The notes under the pieces were generated by a model. It searched no databases and was not told the origin of the DNA. It saw nothing but the letters and a program-made list of their open reading frames with translations. The position numbers were made by a program, and so were the translations under genes. 50,301 nucleotides of DNA from Nitrososphaeria archaeon (GTDB taxonomy: Archaea; Thermoproteota; Nitrososphaeria; Nitrososphaerales; JACAEJ01): the NCBI GenBank assembly GCA_029775875.1, contig JARVKD010000004.1:1-50301 (forward strand). The letters run 5' to 3'. Below are positions 36,892-46,410 of this stretch, piece by piece; position 1 is the first letter of the stretch; each line of letters starts with the position of its first letter.

Positions 36892-38493
36892 CTACACCCG
36901 ATTCTGGCCTTTAGCAACATTCATCAGAATTTCTTCTGCTATTTCATCAAAATTGTTATTAGTGCTAGTTACATCGATTATATCACAATTTCTTATCGAT
37001 CTAACCATCCTCTTAAATATGGGGTTGTAAGCTTCTAAATTATTAAGAAGAATTATCTTCTCAAAAGGATGTTTTCTTATGAATTCTTTTGTGCGCTTTA
37101 AGATTTCTCTAATAACATACCTATCTGGTTTAATCGCACTTACGTATTGTGATAAAGGATAAACGTCTGAGAGTTCAACTGGTATTATCCCAAAAGGTAA
37201 GGCTAAGAAGCAGATTTGAATTTCTTTTAGAGCATTGCCAAGAGCATTAACTAATTTTATGTAGAATGGAGATTTATAGAAGGGCTTTACATCAGACTCT
37301 GGAAGGATTAGAAGAGTCTTCTTCTCTAATGGTATCGATATATCCTCTAATATCCTTTTGTGGTACCTTAAAGCTTCAGGCCTCATCAAATCATAGTGTT
37401 CATAAAAGAAAAGTGCCCTTGGTTTGAACAGTGGAGTACCATCTTCTAAAAATTCGTAACGATCTATCAGTAATTTAAAAGCCTCCCAAAGCTTTGGGTG
37501 AGCCCTTGCTTTTATGCCAAGATACTCCCAGATTCTTCCATCCTCTATTGCCTGCTTTGTCGCTTTGAGTTCTTTTGATAAAACGTTTAGGTTATGAATT
37601 GCTATCTTCTTTGTTCTTTCTTCAGATTCAAGCTCTTTTATTTCCTTTAATGTATATTCTGAGCATACAGGGCAATTACATGGTAAGTATGTTAATTCGT
37701 CAAATCTTAAAGTACCGTAATCTGTCATGTATCGCCCTTCTCTAGCATATAGCATATAGGAGGCTGAATCGAAAAGATCACAGCCAAGAGCAACAGCGAG
37801 AGGTATTGTTAATGGATGCCCAGCACCGAAAAGATGAAGAGGCTTATCTATAGGAAGAGACTGCTTTACTGCTATTATCATCTTAGCCAAAAGATCAAAA
37901 TCGTAAGATTCCATGACTTCAGTAGGGCTTCCAAGGGCGAATAAATCGAAACCCATCTTGCTAGTCAGCTTCGCAGATTTTTTTAACAAATCGATATAGC
38001 TACCTCCTTGAATAGGACCGACCCATAGAGTTCCTTCAGCTTTTATTGCCTTCAGAGTTTCTTCTGCTGCCTTTAAAGTTATTTCGACAGTCTCACTGGC
38101 TCTTTTTTTATCTACACCTATCCCTGTTGGTGTATCAAGAACCAAAGCCATATCAGAGCCAATCTTTTCTTGAAAGATAGCCATCTCTACAGGATCAACC
38201 TCTATGCTCCCATACTCAAGAACTTGATAGCCTCCTGAGTCTGTCATGATAATTCCATCGTAATCTATGATTTTGTGTATTCCTTTCTCCTCTGCCTTTT
38301 TGCCAAAAACTTTCAGTGTTATGTAGGCATTTGTCATGACAGCCTTGAAACCCATTTTCTTCATCTCTTTTGGTGCTATACTCTGCCTTACAGGATGTAT
38401 AACAGGTAAGATGCAAGGCGTCTCTAGTAATCCGCTCTTTGTTCTTATCTCTCCTATTCTACCCGCTAAGTCTGTAGCCTTTATTTCGAACAT
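36892..38493 (-). CDS. tgtA: tRNA-guanine(15) transglycosylase (archaeosine synthesis)
   Basis: DLAGRIG, MTNAYI, MTDSGGYQ, GPIQGG, HLFGAGHP, DLFDSASY, CNCPVC, HNL. Confidence 0.96.
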   Translation of the reverse strand: MFEIKATDLAGRIGEIRTKSGLLETPCILPVIHPVRQSIAPKEMKKMGFKAVMTNAYITLKVFGKKAEEKGIHKIIDYDGIIMTDSGGYQVLEYGSIEVDPVEMAIFQEKIGSDMALVLDTPTGIGVDKKRASETVEITLKAAEETLKAIKAEGTLWVGPIQGGSYIDLLKKSAKLTSKMGFDLFALGSPTEVMESYDFDLLAKMIIAVKQSLPIDKPLHLFGAGHPLTIPLAVALGCDLFDSASYMLYAREGRYMTDYGTLRFDELTYLPCNCPVCSEYTLKEIKELESEERTKKIAIHNLNVLSKELKATKQAIEDGRIWEYLGIKARAHPKLWEAFKLLIDRYEFLEDGTPLFKPRALFFYEHYDLMRPEALRYHKRILEDISIPLEKKTLLILPESDVKPFYKSPFYIKLVNALGNALKEIQICFLALPFGIIPVELSDVYPLSQYVSAIKPDRYVIREILKRTKEFIRKHPFEKIILLNNLEAYNPIFKRMVRSIRNCDIIDVTSTNNNFDEIAEEILMNVAKGQNRV

Positions 38494-38604
38494 GTATTAA
38501 TCACTCTTTTAAGTCTAAGCGAAGATTAAAACATATTTGCCATTAAGATGACTTGCTATCTATCAATTTTCAAAAGTTCCATAGTAATTCTTTGGAGGGT
38601 TATA

Positions 38605-40353
38605 TTATTCAGTTGCTACAATCTTGTTGAAAATCTTGGAGTAGTGATCTAAGGCTGCTTTCATGTAGTTCTTATCGATCAATCCACGAAAGCTTGGAAC
38701 TTCAAAGATTCTTTCAGGAATTCTAAGTTCACTAGGTCTGAAGCCTTCCGAAGCCTTCAAGGCTTGCTTTTCCCTGTAGATGCATCTCCCTAGCTCTTTT
38801 AACCTTTCTTCATCAAATTCATATCCTAGAACATCAAGAGCCTTTTTGACTATGCTAGGTTCATAGATTCCTCTGGCGAAGTAGCATATTACAAGGCTTG
38901 AGAGGATTTGCCTCCATTGCTCTTCTTCTATTAACTTATCCACCATCTCTTCAGGCGATAAACCCTTCATCTTCTGATCTATAGAGTAGCCAGCTGCATC
39001 AAGATGGCTATGGCGAGAACCTATTAGATAGCCAATATGACTTGCAGGACCTGTATGATAGCCGGGCATCTCATTTCCACCAAAGGATAGAGCGAAATCT
39101 CTACCACCATAAATTTTAGATGAGTGATCAACGCCCATGGCTAAGGCTTTATAGAATTCGTTGGGCTGGTCTACTATCAACTTGACAGCCTCTCTATAAG
39201 CATCTGCCTTTCCCCAGTCTAAATCTACTACTAAATCATTTAATTTGATCAAGCCTTTTTTGTAAGCTTCTGTAGCCCAAGCCAATGCCACGCCAGTGCT
39301 TATAGCATCTAATCCTCCTATTTCCACTTCATCCATCAGCTTTAAGAGACCGTTTATATCAGAGATGCCGAGCATACTTCCTAGAGAGTATAGAAGTTCA
39401 TAATCATAAGATACAAAAGTAGTCTTGTAAAAGTAAGGCTCATCGGGATAGGGTTCTCTTATAGTTGCTAGGTGTATACAAGCCACTGGACAATGGCTAC
39501 AGGCTACTCTTCTACCAAGCTTTTTGGCAGCTAAATCTTCGCCACTAATATTCTCAGCCCCTTCAAATCTAGCTTCTAAGAGGTTTCTCGTTGGCAAGGC
39601 TCCCAAAGCATTAATGGGTAATATATTCATGGGTGTACCCAATTCGTGGTACTTTTTCATGGAGCCGGACTTTACTGCAAGATCATATATCTCATCATAA
39701 ACATCTCTATAAGCCTTAATCTTGGGCATACGCATACTTGATTTACCATGAATTACCAAAGCCTTAAGCTTCTTAGAGCCAAAGACTGCTCCCAATCCCA
39801 TTCTGCCAAAATGTCTGTAAGTCTCCGATACAACGCAAGCATACCTAACTAATTTCTCACCAGCCCTGCCAATTCTCATTATCGTCCTTACACCAGTTCC
39901 AGGTGAAGCTTCTCTAAGAACTCTACCAGCAGTGAAAGTGCTTCTCATCCCCCATAGGGTGGCTGCATCTTTAAACTGAACTCCTTTTTCACTTATTACC
40001 AAGTATATGGGTCTATCGCTAACTCCTTTGATCAATATAGCACCATAGCCGGCAGACCTAATGGCTGTAGCACTTCTTCCACCAGCATGACTCTCGCCAT
40101 AATTCCCTGTCAAAGGACTTTTGAAGACAGCCACAACCTTTGATGCTAAAGGGTAAAGGGCTGTTAGTGGTCCTACAGCAAATACGATGACATTTCCAGA
40201 ACTAAGAGGGGCAGAACCTTTGACTGCCTCTTCCTTATAGAGCTGAAGAGCTACTCCAACTCCTCCAAGCCACTCATTAAAGAGATCGGATCTATTCTTT
40301 ACGTAGAAGCTCTTTCTCTCAAGATCTACGTATAGAACATTGTTTTGATTCAT
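38605..40353 (-). CDS. Aldehyde:ferredoxin oxidoreductase family (W/Mo-pterin) large subunit
   Basis: KSPLTG.YGESHAGG, GPA-like GRAGE, GR.GLGAVFGSKKLKA, LPTRN, CSHCPVAC, DAISTG, E.PGY. Confidence 0.92.
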   Translation of the reverse strand: MNQNNVLYVDLERKSFYVKNRSDLFNEWLGGVGVALQLYKEEAVKGSAPLSSGNVIVFAVGPLTALYPLASKVVAVFKSPLTGNYGESHAGGRSATAIRSAGYGAILIKGVSDRPIYLVISEKGVQFKDAATLWGMRSTFTAGRVLREASPGTGVRTIMRIGRAGEKLVRYACVVSETYRHFGRMGLGAVFGSKKLKALVIHGKSSMRMPKIKAYRDVYDEIYDLAVKSGSMKKYHELGTPMNILPINALGALPTRNLLEARFEGAENISGEDLAAKKLGRRVACSHCPVACIHLATIREPYPDEPYFYKTTFVSYDYELLYSLGSMLGISDINGLLKLMDEVEIGGLDAISTGVALAWATEAYKKGLIKLNDLVVDLDWGKADAYREAVKLIVDQPNEFYKALAMGVDHSSKIYGGRDFALSFGGNEMPGYHTGPASHIGYLIGSRHSHLDAAGYSIDQKMKGLSPEEMVDKLIEEEQWRQILSSLVICYFARGIYEPSIVKKALDVLGYEFDEERLKELGRCIYREKQALKASEGFRPSELRIPERIFEVPSFRGLIDKNYMKAALDHYSKIFNKIVATE

Positions 40354-40757
40354 CGGCTAATCATCCCCTCAACACCTAAAACTCTAAAGTTGCAATAGCC
40401 AACACAGTAACCGCAGTGCACACAAATTACAGGCTTGTTCATGCTGTCGTCCCAGAATACAGCCCCAATGTCACAAGCCCTTTCACAGAATCTACATCCT
40501 ATACATTTTGATAAATCTAGTATAACTCCTCCTCCATCTCTTGCTCTTAAAGCATCAACAGGACAGGCTCTAAGGCATGGAGGGTCTATGCATGCTCTAC
40601 AGACAACGACTGTGAATCCCCTCTCAAATCCTCCTACGCTCTTAACATGAAGGGCTGATTTGTCTAGACCTGCGAAGCCAAGCCTTCTTGAGCATGCAAA
40701 CATGCAGAGCTGACAACCAACACAGCGCTCCGCATCCATTATGACAAGTCTCTTCAA
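40350..40757 (-). CDS. 4Fe-4S multicluster ferredoxin-like subunit (DmsB/HycB-like) of the AOR
   Basis: CVGCQLC..AC, CRAC..PPC...CP, CIGCRFC..AC, CVHCGYC...C; ATGA overlap with AOR. Confidence 0.92.
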   Translation of the reverse strand: MKRLVIMDAERCVGCQLCMFACSRRLGFAGLDKSALHVKSVGGFERGFTVVVCRACIDPPCLRACPVDALRARDGGGVILDLSKCIGCRFCERACDIGAVFWDDSMNKPVICVHCGYCVGYCNFRVLGVEGMISR

Positions 40758-40891
40758 TTTAGTATCTAGCCTCCTATGATCACTATATATTAAACCTTTG
40801 GCAGATAAAAGTGCTCGTTGTGTTAATGCTATGATAATATCATGAGTTTACAAAGATCAAGAATAAAGTATCTTATTTGTTTGAGGAAATT

Positions 40892-41479
40892 CTAAGAATC
40901 GGCAAGGTCAAAACCGATGAGCATTATCCCCAGTTTTGAATCCCATCCCATAATATGTCTTAAGTATATGTCTGTAGGAGCGCATGGTGAAGCAGAGATC
41001 ACACTGCAAATCTCATCGAGGCATTCAAGCTCTGGAAAGGAGAGAGGTGGAAATAGAATTATAAAGTCCGTCAATGGCGAACCCTTAAGCCTGTCTCTAT
41101 GTATGACAAATGTTTCGCCCATGAGCAGAGCATCCTTTTTTCCTTTCAATTCTTTCAATGTGTTAGCATCCCAGACCTCTTCACCAACATCAACTCCTCC
41201 TAGCCTCCATTTCACAAAAGGTTCAGGTGGGTGACGAAAATCGTTATTATGCGCTAGAACCAGAACTTCCTGTCTATCAAGAACTTCTCTGATTCCTTCA
41301 TTGTAAAAGCGCCGAGATTGCATCGATGTTTCCTCTTCAAAAGTCTTCTCTAGTTCAAGAATTTTGGCTCTATGATCGAGTGATAGCCGCTTGATATCCA
41401 AAGTGCCTTTTATACTCTTTAGAATTGCCTCCACTTTTTCGAGGGTCTTATCTTTTTCCACTTTAACCTTAATATCCAC
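40892..41479 (-). CDS. Hypothetical protein, paralog A of 43971-44567
   Basis: Shares colinear motifs with 43971-44567 (NxGxREVLxR, PPE, GEE, TFVI, LFPxLSxPEL, LIGF). Confidence 0.85.
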   Translation of the reverse strand: MDIKVKVEKDKTLEKVEAILKSIKGTLDIKRLSLDHRAKILELEKTFEEETSMQSRRFYNEGIREVLDRQEVLVLAHNNDFRHPPEPFVKWRLGGVDVGEEVWDANTLKELKGKKDALLMGETFVIHRDRLKGSPLTDFIILFPPLSFPELECLDEICSVISASPCAPTDIYLRHIMGWDSKLGIMLIGFDLADS

Positions 41480-41550
41480 AATCTAGTATATCAATTTTCT
41501 TTTCGACTTAAGACAATTCCAAATATTTCATAAGCAAGGTTAGCAAGCTC

Positions 41551-42600
41551 TCAAAAGTGTGAACCATGCTCATTCTCTTCTAAGCTAAAATCAAGGCGAT
41601 ACTGTGACAAAATCTTCTCTACTTTGCCTTCTAAAATATTCTCCAATACTTTATCCTTTAAATCTTTGACGACAGCGTATATCGTCATTTCACCTTCTCT
41701 CGCAGAGCCTTTGAAATTTCCAGAAAAATCCACTCCATGCTTAACATCCAAAAGACTAGCCTTAAAAGAGCCTGATGAAGTCTTTACATAAGCCTTTACA
41801 TGCCCTATCAATCCACTCCCAGAATTTAAAGAAGCATTGGCAATTTCATTGAATATTTCGCTAATAACCACCTTAAGTTTTGCTTCGCTTACATCTTCCT
41901 TCGCTTTAAACGACAACTTAAGGGCGGCTCTTCCCATGCCAGAAAGCATTACTGAATCTCCATCATCGCTTAGGGATGAAACCTTCATGTTACTTTGCAG
42001 AATTATATCTATCAGTTCGTTCATTCCATCTCCTCTTTTCGCTGACATACTAAATATGTAAGCACTTGGATTAAGCTCTCTCACGGCTGACTTTAGCAAG
42101 TCTATATCCCATCTCGATTCTATAAGGTCGACTTTGTTTATGGCAATAACATCGGCTTCTTTGATCTGCTTGATGAGGAAGTGCTCCATTTCTTTGAACA
42201 TATTTCTAAATCTTGCACCATCCACCAAAGCTATCACTGGCGCTTGTTCCATTGGCAAATCTATCAAACCATCTACGATTTCCTTAATTTTTGAAGGAAA
42301 GGCGATACCCGTTGGTTCAATCAAAACGATGTCAGGTCCATAATTTTCATAAAGAATTTTTAATGTCGATTGTAAATCTCCTTTAAGTGAGCAACAGATG
42401 CATCCTTGGACAATCTCTTTAACTTCAAACCCAAAGTCACGAATAAAAGAACCGTCTATACCTACTTCTCCTACTTCGTTAACGATAATGCCTACCTTCT
42501 TCCCATGCTTTGTGGATAGTTCCTTTCCTAATTGAATCAGTGTAGTAGTCTTCCCACTACCAAGAAAACCAGCAATTTGGGCAATTCTAGTCAATCTCAA
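41551..42600 (-). CDS. G3E (CobW/HypB/UreG) family GTPase metallochaperone
   Basis: GFLGSGKTT, NEVGEVGID, GCICC, EPTG, NKVD, SAKRG; C-terminal domain with GHVK and EHGSHF. Confidence 0.9.
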   Translation of the reverse strand: MRLTRIAQIAGFLGSGKTTTLIQLGKELSTKHGKKVGIIVNEVGEVGIDGSFIRDFGFEVKEIVQGCICCSLKGDLQSTLKILYENYGPDIVLIEPTGIAFPSKIKEIVDGLIDLPMEQAPVIALVDGARFRNMFKEMEHFLIKQIKEADVIAINKVDLIESRWDIDLLKSAVRELNPSAYIFSMSAKRGDGMNELIDIILQSNMKVSSLSDDGDSVMLSGMGRAALKLSFKAKEDVSEAKLKVVISEIFNEIANASLNSGSGLIGHVKAYVKTSSGSFKASLLDVKHGVDFSGNFKGSAREGEMTIYAVVKDLKDKVLENILEGKVEKILSQYRLDFSLEENEHGSHF

Positions 42601-42674
42601 GTCACGCGGATTATTTCAATTCCCTTGAGTGCCATATTTTATAAACTTATTTACAATCATTCTACACACACTTA

Positions 42675-42685
42675 CAATATTCATG
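42675..42685. promoter_or_regulatory. Candidate operator CAATATTCATG
   Basis: Copy 1 of 3 in the island; part of a perfect 16-bp palindrome AATATTCATGAATATT (42676-42691); about 30 nt upstream of the TATA of the GTPase gene. Confidence 0.45.
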
Positions 42686-42788
42686 AATATTTTTGGCGAC
42701 TTGTGTAAAATCCTCTTACTTGCCAATTTAGGTTATGTTTTATAACCACATTTTTAAAGTTTCTATAGCATATTCTGCTATTGTAAAT

Positions 42789-42805
42789 AATAAAAAAGTG
42801 TGGGG
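42789..42805 (-). terminator. Oligo-T terminator after the channel gene
   Basis: Minus strand CCCCACACTTTTTTATT about 35 nt past the stop. Confidence 0.5.
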
Positions 42806-42840
42806 TTTACCGGAACTTTTTGATCACAAGGATTCTTCTT

Positions 42841-43347
42841 TTATGGGACTAACCATCCGAACTGCCATGTAATAGCTAGGATGAAGTTTATTACAGAGCA
42901 TATGGCTATGAGTCCTCCTCCAGCCTTTGCGCCCATACCAAATGCAGGAAGACTTCCTCCTAAGCATGCTATGCCATATAGAAACACAACCAGACCTAGA
43001 GACAGAAGAGCCATATTTGCGAAGAATGTGCCCATTATGTAGAGTCCATAAATCAATAGGAATATTCCAGCGAAAAGAACTACAAGACTCAATGTCTTTG
43101 CCTGAACTGTCCAAAAACCAGCTATGCCTACTAATGTGAAGGTCATGCCAGCTATGCCTAGTATGGTAGCTCCTAAGTAATCTCCCGTATTATATAGTAT
43201 GAGGGCGATGAGTATGGTGACTATTCCAGGGAGAATTCCTGCTTTGAAGGCTGTTCCAGCATCACCTTTGCCTAGTAGTGCGTATGCAATTGGGAAGAAA
43301 CCGAACGCGTAAGCTATTACGGCCCAAGAGTATATTTCTAGAGCCAT
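42841..43347 (-). CDS. Six-TM membrane protein, AmiS/UreI-like channel
   Basis: 168 aa, almost entirely hydrophobic, about 6 TM helices; LLGKGD after TM1 and GMTF..VG in TM3 resemble AmiS/UreI LLGKxDxK and FxxTYLxV. Confidence 0.6.
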   Translation of the reverse strand: MALEIYSWAVIAYAFGFFPIAYALLGKGDAGTAFKAGILPGIVTILIALILYNTGDYLGATILGIAGMTFTLVGIAGFWTVQAKTLSLVVLFAGIFLLIYGLYIMGTFFANMALLSLGLVVFLYGIACLGGSLPAFGMGAKAGGGLIAICSVINFILAITWQFGWLVP

Positions 43348-43407
43348 AAGCGTTCTTCGCTCTCAAAACTATTTAACGATTATGGGTAATTTTTCCTAAG
43401 TGCTTAT

Positions 43408-43418
43408 CAATATTGATG
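43408..43418. promoter_or_regulatory. Candidate operator CAATATTGATG
   Basis: Copy 2; overlaps palindrome ATCAATATTGAT (43406-43417); about 32 nt upstream of the TATA-like sequence of the channel gene. Confidence 0.45.
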
Positions 43419-43593
43419 ATTTCGCCTTTTTATTTACAAAAATATTGAAATAAAGCCTTAAAAAGATTTTAAGACGGTATTTGTCAAAGTCAGAAAAATA
43501 TTACATTACATTTAAAAATAGGTAAAATGAGTTTGCTTAGTATCCCCAGATTAGATAACTCTTAAATAAAAATAATGCGAAATATAACATGTT

Positions 43594-43950
43594 ATGAGCG
43601 AAGAGTCAGAAACAGAATACAAGCATTTAATCCTCACGCCAAGGAACTTTGATGAGATAATAAACTCAGAAAAGCCTGTAATCGTAGACTTTTGGTCTAG
43701 TTCATGCTTTTCATGCAGGTTCATGCTACCAGTCTTTGAGAAGTTGGCAAACAAATATGGTGAAAAGATGATCTTTGGTAGGTTGAATGTGTTGGAGAGT
43801 GTTGGGAATAGAGATATAGCAGCACGTTACGAAATTTTCTCAATACCTTCTTATTTGGTCTTTGTAAAGGGAAAGCCGATGGACAGAATAACAAGCTCAG
43901 CGAGAGAGGAAGATCTCGAAGAACTTATCAACAAATACATAAATGCCTAA
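43594..43950 (+). CDS. Thioredoxin-family protein (CFSC active site)
   Basis: KPVIVDFWSSSCFSCR...PVFEKLA, SIPS cis-Pro loop, F.KG. Confidence 0.88.
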   Translation: MSEESETEYKHLILTPRNFDEIINSEKPVIVDFWSSSCFSCRFMLPVFEKLANKYGEKMIFGRLNVLESVGNRDIAARYEIFSIPSYLVFVKGKPMDRITSSAREEDLEELINKYINA

Positions 43951-43970
43951 GATAATATCTTCATGAAGAA

Positions 43971-44567
43971 TTATTTATAACAAATATTAAAGCCTATGAG
44001 TTCTGTGCCTAAATCTCTTCGATCAACTTCTATCCCAAGCTTTTTCATCTTCTCTTTGATAAGCGTATCAACAGGTGGGGAAGGAATGGCTGCTACAACG
44101 CCATAGATTTCATCAATATCCTTGAGTTCAGGGACTGATAACGTAGGGAATAAGAAATAAGATATTCGTGATAAGACTTCAGATACTTTATCCTTGTAGA
44201 TTACAAATGTATCGCCAATGAGAACAACGTCTTTCCTTCCTTTGAAATCTCTTAATTCATCTTCAGTCCTGATCTCCTCTCCTATAACTTCTCCCATGGA
44301 GATAATCTGGATCTTCTCAGGAGGCCAACAATACTCGTTGGTATGAAGGATAGCAAGGATGACTTCTCTCTTAAGGACTTCTCTCATGCCTGCATTGAAG
44401 CCTCTACCCATTCCTCCAAGGACGCATTTTTCTGCCTCCATCTCACGTTCTAAGAGGACTTTACACTCTTCCTTCTCTAACTCACAAACCGCACGGATGC
44501 CCTTTACGTTCTTAAGGATTGAAGTAACTTTTTCTATCACAGCTTTTCTGCAAGCAAGACTGCTCAC
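43971..44567 (-). CDS. Hypothetical protein, paralog B of 40892-41479
   Basis: Colinear motif sharing with 40892-41479; GTG start with AGGTG SD; divergent from ramA. Confidence 0.85.
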   Translation of the reverse strand: MSSLACRKAVIEKVTSILKNVKGIRAVCELEKEECKVLLEREMEAEKCVLGGMGRGFNAGMREVLKREVILAILHTNEYCWPPEKIQIISMGEVIGEEIRTEDELRDFKGRKDVVLIGDTFVIYKDKVSEVLSRISYFLFPTLSVPELKDIDEIYGVVAAIPSPPVDTLIKEKMKKLGIEVDRRDLGTELIGFNICYK

Positions 44568-44729
44568 TCTATTACACCTTGTTTAATTTGATGTCTTTAG
44601 GCATTACACGATATAAAATTCTTTTCTTTGTTAGGAAAGGAATCTATCAAATAGTTGTAAGCGTTATTGAGAGTTTTGAAAATTGGCATCATAAAACTAT
44701 TATATCATAATGATGTTATAATATAGTGT

Positions 44730-46373
44730 ATGAGTGAAGAAAGGTATGGCATTGCTCTAGACATCGGGACAAGTGGCCTAAGGGCACAGGCAATAGATTT
44801 GAACTCTGGTAAGCTCATTTCAACAGCTATAACCTTGAGGCATCCGTTGCCTGGAGCAAACATTATGGATCATTTACACTTTGCGGTAGAAACAAGCATA
44901 GAGACAGCGCATGCTGTGGTTATTGATGCAGTGAATAGAATAATCAGAGCGTTAGACATCAACCTTAACAGAGTAGAGCGACTAGCAGCCAGCGGAAATC
45001 CTACTCAATTGTCCATCTTTCAAGGTATAGAGATAAGAGACCTTGCGTATTGGGGAAAGCATGCACTTGAGAGGTATGGTGTCAAGCCACCAACTAGGGA
45101 TGCAACCATAGTTGAAGCAGGAAAACTGGGAATCTTAGTAAGGGATGGAGCTGAGGTATACATTCCACCTTCCGTTAAGCATGAGATAGGGGCTGATGCA
45201 TTAGCCATGTTGTATGAAGCAAAGATATTTGAGAAGGGAGAAAATGCTTTCATTACAGACTTTGGGACCAATGCAGAGATGGCTCTATGCTATAATGGTG
45301 AGATATATACAGGCTCCGCAGCTGCAGGTCCTGCCATAGAAGGGCAAAGAATAGAGAAAGGTATGTTGGCTGCTCCTGGTGCCATCAGTGATGTAAGTGC
45401 TTCTACCCTTGGATGGAAGAATTATGTCTTGAACGGGGAGCTAATAGCAAGTGAAGGGGATGTAGTATCGCCATCATCGGGCAAAGTTCTGGAACAAGGT
45501 GAGATGCATGGTAGAGCTTTGGGAGTGACTGGAACGGGTGTAATAGCTGTTACGAGTATAGGAATAGATCTAGGTCTTATAACTCTACCAAGGATCAATG
45601 CAGCAGAGAAAAAGATTCATCTTCAGGATGGGATTTATGTTACTGAGAAGGATGTAAAGGAAGCTGGAAAAGCACTGGGCGCCTTTAGAGCAGGGTACTT
45701 TACTCTAGCTGAAGAGGCCGGAATAATGCAAGACGATGTGAATGTGGCATACATGGCAGGGGCATCAGGCTTTTATGTTGATGCTCTTAAGTCTTTGAAC
45801 GTTGGTCAGATACCAAGATGCTGTGATACCATCTACCAAGTAGGCAATACCTCTCTTGCACTAGCAAGGGATATAGTTCGCAAGCCTGAATTGATGGATT
45901 TCTTGCAAGACATGGCCAAGCAGATAAGGGGCAAGCATATACTATTTCCAGAGTCTCAAGTATTCATGCAAGTTTACCCCCTTGAGCTTGCATATTGGGA
46001 AGAAGGAATGCCTTTATGGGAGTATGAACAGTGGTTAAAAAGATACAATTATCAAGGTTTTCCAATAAAAGCCAGAAACCCAAAGGTCTACAAGATCTTT
46101 AAAAGAGACATTCCTGATCTAGGCGAGAAAGGTCTGAAAATAATAAGAGATATAGGAGTGATGCTAGCCGGTGAATTTCCTGGATGCACTGCTTGTAGGT
46201 CATGTGAAACAGAATGCCCTGAGGGGGCCATAACAGTGGAGGAGAGAGATGGAACAGGTAAGATATTAATTAGATCAGACCTTTGCCTTGGGGTTGCATG
46301 TTTGAGATGTGAAAGAGTATGTCCCGAGAAAGTATTCAAATTCAAAGAACTCTTGCATGAGAAGTTTGGATAA
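44730..46373 (+). CDS. ramA: Corrinoid protein reductive activase (RamA/RACo, ASKHA fold plus C-terminal 2x[4Fe-4S])
   Basis: YGIALDIGTSG.R, RHPLPGAN.MDHL.FA, HEIGADALAM, DFGTNAEM, GSAAAGPAIEGQ, CTACRSC...CP and CLGVACLRC...CP. Confidence 0.93.
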   Translation: MSEERYGIALDIGTSGLRAQAIDLNSGKLISTAITLRHPLPGANIMDHLHFAVETSIETAHAVVIDAVNRIIRALDINLNRVERLAASGNPTQLSIFQGIEIRDLAYWGKHALERYGVKPPTRDATIVEAGKLGILVRDGAEVYIPPSVKHEIGADALAMLYEAKIFEKGENAFITDFGTNAEMALCYNGEIYTGSAAAGPAIEGQRIEKGMLAAPGAISDVSASTLGWKNYVLNGELIASEGDVVSPSSGKVLEQGEMHGRALGVTGTGVIAVTSIGIDLGLITLPRINAAEKKIHLQDGIYVTEKDVKEAGKALGAFRAGYFTLAEEAGIMQDDVNVAYMAGASGFYVDALKSLNVGQIPRCCDTIYQVGNTSLALARDIVRKPELMDFLQDMAKQIRGKHILFPESQVFMQVYPLELAYWEEGMPLWEYEQWLKRYNYQGFPIKARNPKVYKIFKRDIPDLGEKGLKIIRDIGVMLAGEFPGCTACRSCETECPEGAITVEERDGTGKILIRSDLCLGVACLRCERVCPEKVFKFKELLHEKFG

Positions 46374-46410
46374 ATAAATTTAAATTTATGGATTCTTCCT
46401 AAAAAGGATT

